A DNA stretch of 64,000 nt from a virus. Lineage: Duplodnaviria; Caudoviricetes. The notes beneath the pieces were generated by a model. That model searched no databases, was not told the origin of the DNA, and worked only from the letters and a program-made list of their open reading frames with translations. The DNA lies in the IMG/VR virus record IMGVR_UViG_2739367553_000005, positions 21,071 to 85,070 of that record, one strand, 5' to 3'. The translations under genes were made by a program, and so were the position numbers. Below, one piece after another: positions 1 through 8,608 of this stretch (position 1 is its first letter; each line of letters opens with the position of its first letter).

Positions 1-43
1 CTACGATAAGTTCCGGTTTTACATAATTCATAATCTGTTCCAT
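1..43 (-). CDS. Phage holin, N-terminus only (runs off the window)
   Basis: Manual translation MEQIMNYVKPELIV with an AAAAGGAG RBS; typical start of Clostridia phage holins; lysis-cassette position. Confidence 0.7.
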   Translation of the reverse strand, partial: MEQIMNYVKPELIV

Positions 44-47
44 AATA

Positions 48-269
48 TTAATCTCCTTTTTCCTCTAAGTCCGCTATGCGGTGATTTGCAACTTTCATCT
101 GCTCTTCCAGTCTGAAAGTGCGCTCAATTACAGTATTATGCTTGTCAACTTTCTTTTCCAACTGCCCTATACGATAATTTGTCAGTTTGGAAGAAGCCAC
201 TATTCCTGCAAAAGTACCTATTCCACTTCCTGCCAATCCTATAAGAGCCACCATGATTTCCATAGGCAT
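48..269 (-). CDS. Small membrane-anchored coiled-coil protein of the lysis cassette
   Basis: Hydrophobic N-terminus (IMVALIGLAGSGIGTFAGIVAS) followed by a charged helix; directly upstream of the holin. Confidence 0.7.
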   Translation of the reverse strand: MPMEIMVALIGLAGSGIGTFAGIVASSKLTNYRIGQLEKKVDKHNTVIERTFRLEEQMKVANHRIADLEEKGD

Positions 270-288
270 ATATCCACCTCACGCTTTC

Positions 289-420
289 CTAAATTTTAGT
301 TGCCAGGATCAGCTGCTTTTCTGCATCAGTGATCCACCCCTTTATAACCGCATTTGCCAGCATGGTAACCGTAAGCTTACCCATACCACCGTCGTATAAC
401 CACATTAACATTTCAAACAT
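289..420 (-). CDS. XkdX-like small phage protein, 43 aa (not in ORF track)
   Basis: Manual translation MFEMLMWLYDGGMGKLTVTMLANAVIKGWITDAEKQLILATKI; GGAGG RBS; AVxKGWIT motif typical of XkdX. Confidence 0.7.
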   Translation of the reverse strand: MFEMLMWLYDGGMGKLTVTMLANAVIKGWITDAEKQLILATKI

Positions 421-422
421 AC

Positions 423-848
423 TTACACCTCCAGACTTGATAAAACTAAAGTACCAACGGTTGTTTTTAAAGATTCATTATCCTTTTTAATTTCTGCATT
501 CTCTGCTTCCAAAGCTGCAACTCGTTCCTGTAAATCTGGTGTCTTAAAATAGGCAATTATTACATCCGCCTTTCTATCCGTTACTCCGTCCTCATCCTTA
601 CCGATTACATAATCAGACTCTTCTGTTAATCTTTTCGCATATACTAAATCTTCACGAGCCCAATCAGTGTCTCCGGACAAGCCGATCTGAGCGATTTCAC
701 CATTAGCTTTCAAGAGAGCCTTGACGCTATCAAAGGAAGCCGATCCTTTCTGAAAGGTAACTGTACCCCCGGTTTCTCCCAATTTTATCCCGTCAGGTAC
801 CAGATCAAAAGCCTGATCCCCAAACTTAATTTTTTCGATATTATTCAT
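423..848 (-). CDS. Hypothetical phage protein following the tail fibre region
   Basis: 141-aa ORF with C-terminal coiled coil; position before the XkdX-like gene. Confidence 0.75.
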   Translation of the reverse strand: MNNIEKIKFGDQAFDLVPDGIKLGETGGTVTFQKGSASFDSVKALLKANGEIAQIGLSGDTDWAREDLVYAKRLTEESDYVIGKDEDGVTDRKADVIIAYFKTPDLQERVAALEAENAEIKKDNESLKTTVGTLVLSSLEV

Positions 849-917
849 TATTCAATCCTTTCCGCCTCTTAGGCATAAAAATAAGCCCCTACAGGAGCCA
901 TTGGTTTACATTAAACT

Positions 918-1184
918 TTACAATGCATCGAACCGATCAGCCTTCTCCTTGATCTGATCGAATTCTTCTTTTCCCATGAAATAGATCGACTGGCTTTCAA
1001 TACGTTCCTCCACCTCCTGGGCAGTGCCAGTCATGTCTATTCCTTCGATCTTCAGCTTACTAATAACACTCAGTTCTTTTCGGCAGAGGTTAATCAGCAG
1101 CACCTCTTTATTAGTTGGATCCGTCTTTTCTGTTAGCTGATTGATTATTGCTTCCAGTAGTTTTTCACAAACAAATTGTATCAT
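918..1184 (-). CDS. Hypothetical protein
   Basis: ORF 918-1226; likely ATG at 1184 after a GAAAGG RBS. Confidence 0.55.
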   Translation of the reverse strand: MIQFVCEKLLEAIINQLTEKTDPTNKEVLLINLCRKELSVISKLKIEGIDMTGTAQEVEERIESQSIYFMGKEEFDQIKEKADRFDAL

Positions 1185-1401
1185 GGTGACCTTTCTCCCG
1201 GCTTGGGGTAATAAAATAAGCCCCAATAAGGGACTGTTTTACAAGTTTAATAAGATAGTAATACTGGTATTATTTTATCTCATTCATATCAAGTGTACTA
1301 ATTTTATTATATTATCCTAGAAGATTTACATTTAATTACAGCAAGGTTGGTATAAATTTTAGTTCTTACAAACATACTATTAGTTAAAAAGGAGTCTAAT
1401 T

Positions 1402-2268
1402 ATGCTTACTATAGAATTAATCATGCAAACAATCGGTAATGATATAAAAACAAAAACCGCACAAATAATACTAAGCAATTTATTTAAATCTGATGATACT
1501 GAAAAATTAATAACGAAAGCAATAAATGAAATATGCAACCAAGTACAAAAAATCATTGATGATGCATTTATGAGAGAATACATTGCAAAAACTGACAGCA
1601 TTTCATCTAGAATTTCATCTTATATACTAACTAACGATACAGAAATGTTGGATGAATTATATTCTGATGCTTCTGATATGGTACATCAGTTAAAACGTTT
1701 TAATTCATTAGAAGGTATTATAGCATTTAATTCGATTTGCAGTCTCCATTTAATCGTTGTGAAAGCATTAGCTGAAAAAAAGAGCAAATATTACAAAGAT
1801 CTTACAAGACTTGGCAAAGAATATGCTCAAATGCTGATTAGTAAGACACCTATAATAAATGAAATTTTTAGTGAAAGCGTAAGTCATTCACGACCTTGCG
1901 ATATATCTAAACCGCATCAATCTTTCAATGGTTATTCGATCAAACAGGATGGTTTTAAGGAAAAATATATCTTAAAACTATACACCTATTTCAATGATTA
2001 TTGGAAAGATAATGCTATGATATATTCTGAATCAGAAATGGAGATTCCTCAATTTGATGATCAAAGACGTTTAAATTTTCTTATTCATAGTAACGGAGGA
2101 GCCTTTTTGGAGGAGGCAACTAAATACCCTCAAAACAAAAAAATATTTGATGATTTTAATGTCAAAGCAAGATCTGAGCGCGATTCATATCTTAATATGC
2201 GATTAGACATTTCGAACAAATTAATTAATACAATCACACAAGCATGTGAACAGTATAAAAACTTATAA
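1402..2268 (+). CDS. AT-rich moron protein, 288 aa, helical N-terminus, function unknown
   Basis: AAAAGGAG RBS; opposite strand to the late operon. Confidence 0.8.
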   Translation: MLTIELIMQTIGNDIKTKTAQIILSNLFKSDDTEKLITKAINEICNQVQKIIDDAFMREYIAKTDSISSRISSYILTNDTEMLDELYSDASDMVHQLKRFNSLEGIIAFNSICSLHLIVVKALAEKKSKYYKDLTRLGKEYAQMLISKTPIINEIFSESVSHSRPCDISKPHQSFNGYSIKQDGFKEKYILKLYTYFNDYWKDNAMIYSESEMEIPQFDDQRRLNFLIHSNGGAFLEEATKYPQNKKIFDDFNVKARSERDSYLNMRLDISNKLINTITQACEQYKNL

Positions 2269-2460
2269 AAGTGTAAGTTGTTCTAAATCCTGATACTGAC
2301 ACTAATCATTAAGAAAGTCGGCTCTGGCTGAAGCTTATCGGTCAGAGCATTCGTTAAGAAAAGAATTTCCTCACAATTATTTGTATCTTTATTACATTTC
2401 TTTTTAATCTAAACCATAAGGTCTTCAATTGTCTGATCTAATTTTACTTTAATCATTTTT

Positions 2461-2510
2461 CCTCTTTCTACTGTTTTACGGACAGTTCCGGTTTTACGTT
2501 AAATAGCAAT
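2461..2510 (+). repeat. Repeat site A (~50 bp, ends in core TAAATAGCAAT)
   Basis: cctctttctactgttttacggacagttccggttttacgttaaatagcaat; aligns with sites B and C. Confidence 0.9.
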
Positions 2511-2610
2511 ATTCAACTCCTTTTGATTTTCTTTTAATTGTATGCTGCTTTGCTTGTACCGTTTGTCTCTATAATAAATGCCTTTTCCACCTGCTTTCTA
2601 TGTTTAAAAA

Positions 2611-2649
2611 CAACAAAGAACCTGATTATCAAAAGACTTTCAGGTTCTT
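2611..2649 (-). terminator. Intrinsic terminator downstream of the 186-aa gene
   Basis: AAGAACCTGA / TCAGGTTCTT inverted repeat with a T-rich tail on the minus strand. Confidence 0.6.
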
Positions 2650-2691
2650 AAATCAACAATAAAGTATTGCAGTTAAATGTTATTTATAATA

Positions 2692-3252
2692 TTAAACTAA
2701 AGTTACCGCCAAATTTTCAATAATTAATCCAGTAAATTCTTCTGCAGCATTCATTACTTGTTCTCTAAATAGTGGTATAACTCTGTCTCGTACAAAATGT
2801 CCAGGATTATCATTATGATCAGGATCGACTTGTATTTCTAATTTGACCTGTAAATTCTTACTTGGTTCTGCCACGAACCTTGCCTTCATAATTCCTTTAG
2901 GATGTACACTGCCCCATTCATTATTAAGAAAAGTACATTTCCCAAGTGCACACGCCCAATATTCTCCATGAGTTGTAGATGTATATTGATAAGAAATATC
3001 TAAATCAAAATACCAAAGATAGTATTTGTTTTCAATTAATATCTTTTTAACGTAGCCATTGTTGGCTACGAATTTCTCTATATGGCCTTCTCCTTTTGCC
3101 ATTATTTTATTTCCATTTCCAAACCTATCAAGATTTTCCTTATACGTTGTAAGGTCTTTTTTCACTGAAGCATTCAATATTTTACTATTCATAAAATCTA
3201 CAAATTCTTTAGTAACTACCTTTTCTTCTGTTCTTTCAAGAACTTCATTCAT
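2692..3252 (-). CDS. Hypothetical cassette-borne protein, 186 aa
   Basis: GGAGG RBS, own terminator, lies between repeat sites A and B. Confidence 0.8.
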   Translation of the reverse strand: MNEVLERTEEKVVTKEFVDFMNSKILNASVKKDLTTYKENLDRFGNGNKIMAKGEGHIEKFVANNGYVKKILIENKYYLWYFDLDISYQYTSTTHGEYWACALGKCTFLNNEWGSVHPKGIMKARFVAEPSKNLQVKLEIQVDPDHNDNPGHFVRDRVIPLFREQVMNAAEEFTGLIIENLAVTLV

Positions 3253-3354
3253 TTCAATACCTCCATTTATTATGATTACTTTTCTTTATTATTTGTTTTT
3301 TTTCGAAATTAATTCATAAAATCCATTTTGATTATTTTTTCCATAATATTTTTT

Positions 3355-3403
3355 CCTCTTTCTGCTGTTTTCGGACAGCTCCGGCTCTCAACTAAATAGC
3401 AAT
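3355..3403 (+). repeat. Repeat site B
   Basis: cctctttctgctgttttcggacagctccggctctcaactaaatagcaat. Confidence 0.9.
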
Positions 3404-3614
3404 TCTTTTTCTTTCGAAATTCTTTCGGCGATTGCCTTGCAGATAACCACCACAATTGTTAATAGGATTGTGGTTCCACCTACCATATGTACTTTTGCTT
3501 TCTGTTTTACTTTTGAACAATAAATAAAATTTATTGGATCTCCTCCCAAATAATATTTGTTATTTTCCTACAATCTGATAAAATATTATTATCAAATTGA
3601 AAGGTCGTGATTTT

Positions 3615-4442
3615 ATGTTAGATGGATTCGACAAATTAGCAGAAGGAGCCGGAAAAGCTCTGAAAAACATTCCAGAACTTTATGATGACGCTCTAAAACC
3701 TTCCGCGCAAGAATCAGGAAAACTTTTGGCTCGAATACCTCGTGCAATCAATGCTGTCTTTGCTGATCTTGATAAATGGATACTAAACAAAGAATACAGC
3801 ATTGAAGAAACAAAAAAATTATTAAGTTATAAGCTTGAAAACATCTCACCCGAAAAAATCGTAACACCAGAACCATATGTTGCAATTCCAGCAATACAAG
3901 CAATTTCTTATTCAATGGATAGTAAAGAATTAAGAAACTTATATGCTAATCTTCTTGCTAAATCAATGAATATTGATACAAAAGCTTATGTTCATCCGTC
4001 ATTTGTTGAGATAATTAAACAGATGTCTCCTATTGATGCCCGAATCTTAAACGAAATGCCTTCCAATAAAACTCTTCCATATGTAAATTTGAGTTCGACA
4101 GAGTACGACTCTGAGGTGAAAACAATTAATTTAAATTTTATAAGTCGTAGATCATTTCCTTATGTTACATACATTGATTTTACAGATTATGAAACAGTAA
4201 ATTTATCTTTAGGCAATCTGTCTCGTCTCGGATTAACTGAAACACGATTTGCACAACAAGAACCAGTTCCACAAAAAATCAAAAAATCTCCTCATTATAA
4301 TCTATGTAAAACAGAATTAGAAACATTTTTGACTAATTCAAAATGGCGTTACGAAGAGCAACTCCTTTTTCTTTGTTTAACCAGCTTTGGAATGGGTTTT
4401 TATAATGTATGCATTGAATCATTTAATCCAAATATGTTATGA
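3615..4442 (+). CDS. DUF4393 / Abi-alpha family protein (candidate abortive infection)
   Basis: Motifs P..YVAIPAIQAISYSMDSKELRNLYANLLAKSM and VHPSFVEIIKQMSPIDA typical of DUF4393; C-terminal LTSFGMGFYNVC. Confidence 0.75.
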   Translation: MLDGFDKLAEGAGKALKNIPELYDDALKPSAQESGKLLARIPRAINAVFADLDKWILNKEYSIEETKKLLSYKLENISPEKIVTPEPYVAIPAIQAISYSMDSKELRNLYANLLAKSMNIDTKAYVHPSFVEIIKQMSPIDARILNEMPSNKTLPYVNLSSTEYDSEVKTINLNFISRRSFPYVTYIDFTDYETVNLSLGNLSRLGLTETRFAQQEPVPQKIKKSPHYNLCKTELETFLTNSKWRYEEQLLFLCLTSFGMGFYNVCIESFNPNML

Positions 4443-4582
4443 TCGCTATTAAAGTATTTGATAATTGATGATTTATAATTACTCAAATAGCAAAACTGTA
4501 TTCTTGCTTTCCTCTCTCTATTTCCATATTATGGAATCACAGGTGGCTGAGCACCAAGTACAAAAGAAAGGAGGATTTAAAA

Positions 4583-5082
4583 ATGTCTTTAGCCTTAGCT
4601 TTTTATAATCATCACGGTATAATTATGTGCGCCGACAAACTAATAACCGCTACGTACAATAGATCAGGTATTAATTATGAGATACATCAATCATCTACCG
4701 AAGATAAATTATTTCTGATTGAAAATCAATATGGACTATCATATGCTGGTACGGCTTCTATAGACAATGGTCCCATATCCGCAGTAATAGAAAAATAAAT
4801 TGAACTTAATCCCTTAGGTGATGAAAATCCTTTGACACAGCGGGGATTACTTTTTCTGTGGAAAACGATTATGTTTCTCACTTAATAAGTTCCGATCTTG
4901 TTCATTTTGATTATACTAAATTCACCATGCAAGATTCTATTGATTTTTTGCGTTTCTTAGTTAGTACAGTTTCTGGATTAATGCGTTTCGGACAATGCCT
5001 ACAAACTGTAGGCGATGAATGTAACATTTTAGCAATATATCCTAACGAAGCGTACTGGGTGCAGCATTCAATTTTGCATTAA
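4583..5082 (+). pseudogene. Disrupted Ntn-hydrolase/proteasome-like gene (two fragments in different frames)
   Basis: MSLALAFYNHHGIIMCADKLIT...GLSYAGTASI stops at 4798; C-terminal part (QDSIDFLRFLVST...TVGDECNILAI) resumes at 4858 in another frame. Confidence 0.5.
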
Positions 5083-5236
5083 CTGCTTTGTCTTTCATTG
5101 GTTCAGTTAGATTTTCTGTGTTGCAATTAACATCATTAAATATTTTTTCATAACCTAATGGCCGCCCTTGAGTACTTTTTTTGAGGACGGCTGATCTTCT
5201 TTTTAATTCAGCGTACATTCTTTTTTTAATCCACAT
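5042..5236 (-). CDS. Small basic ORF starting immediately after repeat site C
   Basis: 64-aa ORF whose ATG lies just beyond the site C arm; overlaps the convergent pseudogene end. Confidence 0.3.
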   Translation of the reverse strand: MWIKKRMYAELKRRSAVLKKSTQGRPLGYEKIFNDVNCNTENLTEPMKDKAVNAKLNAAPSTLR

Positions 5237-5242
5237 ATTTAT

Positions 5243-5295
5243 TTTCTTTCTGCTGTTTCACGGACAGCTCCGTTTCTACGCTAAATAGCAATTTA
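5243..5295 (+). repeat. Repeat site C, including the 15-bp CTAAATAGCAATTTA (5281-5295)
   Basis: tttctttctgctgtttcacggacagctccgtttctacgctaaatagcaattta. Confidence 0.9.
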
Positions 5296-5571
5296 GATAA
5301 CAAGTTTAATTCGGCGGATATGATATTAAGATCTTATACTATACCGTCTGCTACATATGCATCTGGTAAAGGTGCTATACAAATTAACGGATTCACAGCT
5401 GTGCCAAGCGGATACGCTGTTTATGGCAGCAGTGTTGATACTGGTCAGTCTGCTACGATGATAGCCGATCTTAACACAGTATCAGGGAGCAATGCGTATC
5501 TATCTTATTATTCTTCCGCGCAAGTAACTACTGCAATTATAGTAAGACTGATATTGATAAAAATACCTTAA
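5281..5571 (+). other. Silent alternative C-terminal cassette for the tail fibre (96 codons, LNSNLDNKFNSADMILRSY...LILIKIP)
   Basis: Open frame begins inside the repeat with the same LNSNL peptide found in the fibre; no RBS; converges on the expressed C-terminus with 9 bp between stop codons. Confidence 0.8.
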
Positions 5572-5580
5572 ATGATCATT

Positions 5581-6528
5581 TTAGAAATAAACATCCTGTA
5601 GTGTGACCTTATCTCCTGCGTTCAAAGCTGTTGCCAATAACAAATACATTGCATTATCATGTATGCTTACATAGCCATACTTTCCAGTATCATATTGCAT
5701 ATATTTATAAAACCCACCACCACTGGGGATAACGTCTGCCGGAAGATCACAAAGCTTAATTTCAGTGGTGGAAGCAGCGTACCATTCATTTAACCCCCAC
5801 ATGGAAAATCGTTTTATTTGACCATATTTTGTAAAAATCACTTTAGCCGAAGCATCTGAATTAATTGTGAACTTCGTCTCATAAGTTTTATAACTTAAAT
5901 TGCTATTTAGTACTTTAACTACCGCGGTCAAATTTTCGCCAATTTCTAGATCTTCACCCATGCCGATCCGCTCCCAGAGGTTATGCACAAATGCTGACGT
6001 TGGGATTTTATTCTGATCATTTGCATCCATGTTGGTAAGCATATTCTTCAGCAGAGCATTCTGATCCAGGTTCATTGTAACTGCTATGGACTTTGATATC
6101 TTCCCAAGTGCAGAAGCAATAGCCTCCCCAGCTATGATGTTGGCCAGTTCCGTGGCCTGCTCAAAGAGGGTGTTTATATCAACACTCCCATCAGTCCCCA
6201 CCTTAATCCCATTGCTTCCCTTTACCAATCCCAAGGTGTTCTGTGTAGCTGTCTTTGCACTTAAACTACCGTCAGCACTTACCTCCATTGTTGTGCCGTC
6301 TGGCTTTACCGTTCCGACACTGTTTGCCGTGGCTTTGCTTGTTCCCAAAGCCGAAACCTGCCAATAATCTAAATTGGTAGGCAATGTCCCAATAGGAGGC
6401 TTAGTGTGAACCACATAACTACTCCCATCATAGGATACTAAATTTAATATTTCATACTGCTTATTAGGATTGTATTCTTCCGAAGGTAGCATTCCTATCG
6501 TGCCATATACAACTTCTGTCTCATCCAT
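5581..6528 (-). CDS. Tail fibre / receptor-binding protein with switchable C-terminus
   Basis: Fibre-type repeats (KATANSVGTVKPDG, ATQNTLGLVKGSNG); LNSNL junction at 5896-5910; tail-module position. Confidence 0.8.
   Translation of the reverse strand: MDETEVVYGTIGMLPSEEYNPNKQYEILNLVSYDGSSYVVHTKPPIGTLPTNLDYWQVSALGTSKATANSVGTVKPDGTTMEVSADGSLSAKTATQNTLGLVKGSNGIKVGTDGSVDINTLFEQATELANIIAGEAIASALGKISKSIAVTMNLDQNALLKNMLTNMDANDQNKIPTSAFVHNLWERIGMGEDLEIGENLTAVVKVLNSNLSYKTYETKFTINSDASAKVIFTKYGQIKRFSMWGLNEWYAASTTEIKLCDLPADVIPSGGGFYKYMQYDTGKYGYVSIHDNAMYLLLATALNAGDKVTLQDVYF
5896..5910 (-). repeat. Repeat site D, inverted relative to A-C
   Basis: Minus strand reads CTAAATAGCAATTTA, identical to 5281-5295 on the plus strand. 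Confidence 0.9.
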
Positions 6529-7643
6529 TATTGCAGAATCTCCTTTCCTATAAACTTACCGGCTTCCAGCCTGAAACTGATTCCTTTAGCCGCTGTCCTG
6601 CTCTTAAGTTGCATTTTACTCATATCAACATAAAATTGTGGGATTGATATCTTAGCCGCTTGATCAACCTGCGCTTTTAAAATTTGTACCTGTTGCCAGT
6701 ACCACTTTGCATTGTCCTCAGTATCTTCCGGTACCACTCCACCTTCTACATATCGTTTTGCCATTAATGCACTGTTCTGTGCTGCAGCTGCGCTTTGACC
6801 GGCCGCTGTCTGGCTTACTCCTGCCTGTGCCGCTTTATCTCTTGCCACCTGCTCACTGGCACCTGCTGCTGTTGCTTTCTGAGTTGTGGTTAAAACATCT
6901 GCCGCTGTCTGATTCGCTGCTGCAGTTGCCGCGGCAGCCTTTGTGGTAGCTATTCCCGCCTGGGTGGTTGATACTACCGCACTATCGGCAGCCTGCTGAG
7001 CATTCTGGCCAGAAGTCGTGGCATCATCTTTGGTTTGTTCATAATAAAACTTTGCACAATCGTTCTCGCTTCCTGGAAAATCTTGATCCCCGAAGACATA
7101 GCGCTTTGTAAACTTCTGATAATTGAGTGCGGCATCACGAGCCGACTGTGCATCAAGCATATACTGGCGAAATTCAGTCTGTATGGCAGCGTCAAGTTTC
7201 TCCATTGTAACGGATCCGTTCACAATCATGGCAGTTATGGTACGGTCATTGATCTGCATTGATACAGTAGCCGTGCTGTCCACGGAATAGACAAACCGGG
7301 TAAGGTCAATTATCTTTTGGGTGCCGTCTGCTAATGTAAGTACGAGTTGATTTTGATCGTTAATATCAAAGTTTAACACAACCTTTTCAATGTCCAGGTC
7401 ATAAGTCTTTACTGATCCATTTTGATAGGTTATTGTAAATATCCCATTATCATCAACTGACACATCTCTTACCAGGGCATTGATCTGCGATTTATCGGCT
7501 TTATTTGCGTCCAGCTGTACGGTTCTGTTATCCAGTTCCTTTACTCCGTTTTCTGTATGTATTAAATTAGTACGATTCAGCGCTGTTTTTTGCGATGGTA
7601 GATTCTGCCAATCTGTAACTGTATAAAATGGTTGCAAAGCCAT
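6528..7643 (-). CDS. Tail fibre / baseplate-associated protein with Ala-rich helical repeats
   Basis: 371 aa; duplicated NAKWY/CAKFY motifs and an Ala/Gln-rich stalk; coupled to the fibre gene (TAATG overlap). Confidence 0.7.
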   Translation of the reverse strand: MALQPFYTVTDWQNLPSQKTALNRTNLIHTENGVKELDNRTVQLDANKADKSQINALVRDVSVDDNGIFTITYQNGSVKTYDLDIEKVVLNFDINDQNQLVLTLADGTQKIIDLTRFVYSVDSTATVSMQINDRTITAMIVNGSVTMEKLDAAIQTEFRQYMLDAQSARDAALNYQKFTKRYVFGDQDFPGSENDCAKFYYEQTKDDATTSGQNAQQAADSAVVSTTQAGIATTKAAAATAAANQTAADVLTTTQKATAAGASEQVARDKAAQAGVSQTAAGQSAAAAQNSALMAKRYVEGGVVPEDTEDNAKWYWQQVQILKAQVDQAAKISIPQFYVDMSKMQLKSRTAAKGISFRLEAGKFIGKEILQ

Positions 7644-7906
7644 TAGCCTTCACCCTCTTTCTTTTCAGGCTTATTACTGATTTTAGTTTTCTGTTCAGGC
7701 GGGTTTACCCAATCAGCCGCCGAGTAAAGTCCCTTCAATTTTTCCGGTTTCTCCGGTTCTATAATCTCTCCCGGCATTCCGGAATCTATCACCTGCGCAA
7801 TGGTAGCTACCTGCTTCGCATTTTGGATTCCGGTTGTAGTGACGGCATTCAGCATGTACTTCATCTGCAACACCTGTTCTTCCGTGTATGTGATTATCTT
7901 TTTCAT
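7643..7906 (-). CDS. Small hypothetical tail-region protein
   Basis: ATG at 7906 after an AAAGGAGG RBS. Confidence 0.65.
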   Translation of the reverse strand: MKKIITYTEEQVLQMKYMLNAVTTTGIQNAKQVATIAQVIDSGMPGEIIEPEKPEKLKGLYSAADWVNPPEQKTKISNKPEKKEGEG

Positions 7907-7972
7907 AGCTCCTCCTTTCGGACATAGAAAAAACGCCCGAAATCGGACGCTCATTCTAAATTCACCACATTA

Positions 7973-8608
7973 TTAAATTTCGTATTCAGGATATACCGCT
8001 TCCCAAACTTCACGATGATAGGTGTTGACTTCACCATAATTTGCATCGAAAATCTTCTTCACTTCATATCCCATATCCATTCCAGTACGCTTTAATTTTC
8101 GCCAATCAAAAGTTTTCCAGTCAACTCCATTTAGAGCGGCAACCCGTTTAATGGAATACCAGTCCTTGCTACGATCTAATTCCAATCGAAGCTGTTCCTT
8201 TTGCTTTTCTGACTGTATAAGTTCTTCCAATGCCTCAATATATGTTTGAGGTCGTTTCGGCTTAATAGCTTCCTCCAACTCGTAGAAACGTTTTACATAT
8301 TTTGCGGTAAATATAATTCCCTTTTCTCCAGTTGACTTATTTGCCAGAAAATCGCACCCTAGTCTGGTTGTTTCGTAGCAAGGCCGTTCTTCTCCCTTTG
8401 CGTCAATGTAGGTGGATTTCTTAAAATAATCAACCACGGACATTTGTCCTTCGTTCAATATCTGGATATAACCTTTCCTATCTTTGCGGCCTTCTAATTT
8501 CTTTAAAAGATCTGCATGAGGAACGTCCATCATCTCTGCAATTTCCAAAGTGGTAATTGTCTGTGTTTTCTTAATTTCTTCTGTAGTAAAAATTTCGGCT
8601 CTGCCCAT
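7973..8608 (-). CDS. Rha-family phage regulatory protein
   Basis: TITTLEIAEMM...H..LL, YF.KSTY.DAKGEERPCY..TRLGCDFLANK.TGEKG..FTAKYVKRF. Confidence 0.85.
   Translation of the reverse strand: MGRAEIFTTEEIKKTQTITTLEIAEMMDVPHADLLKKLEGRKDRKGYIQILNEGQMSVVDYFKKSTYIDAKGEERPCYETTRLGCDFLANKSTGEKGIIFTAKYVKRFYELEEAIKPKRPQTYIEALEELIQSEKQKEQLRLELDRSKDWYSIKRVAALNGVDWKTFDWRKLKRTGMDMGYEVKKIFDANYGEVNTYHREVWEAVYPEYEI

Noticed and set aside
1489-1520. CTGATGA...GAAA hammerhead-like words in the 288-aa gene
   Set aside because: No pairing stems; inside an AT-rich CDS.
2490-2505. Similarity of site A (TTACGTTAAAT) to the XerD arm of dif, and to the pistol ribozyme ACGUUAAAUAG stretch
   Set aside because: Not conserved in sites B-D; no XerC arm and no downstream pistol UAAGCCC element.
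2461-5295. CRISPR array interpretation of the ~50-bp repeats
   Set aside because: The intervals are 0.9-1.9 kb and contain genes; there are no cas genes.
5281-6528. Diversity-generating retroelement acting on the fibre
   Set aside because: No reverse transcriptase and no TR/VR pair differing at adenines; the two C-termini are unrelated sequences.
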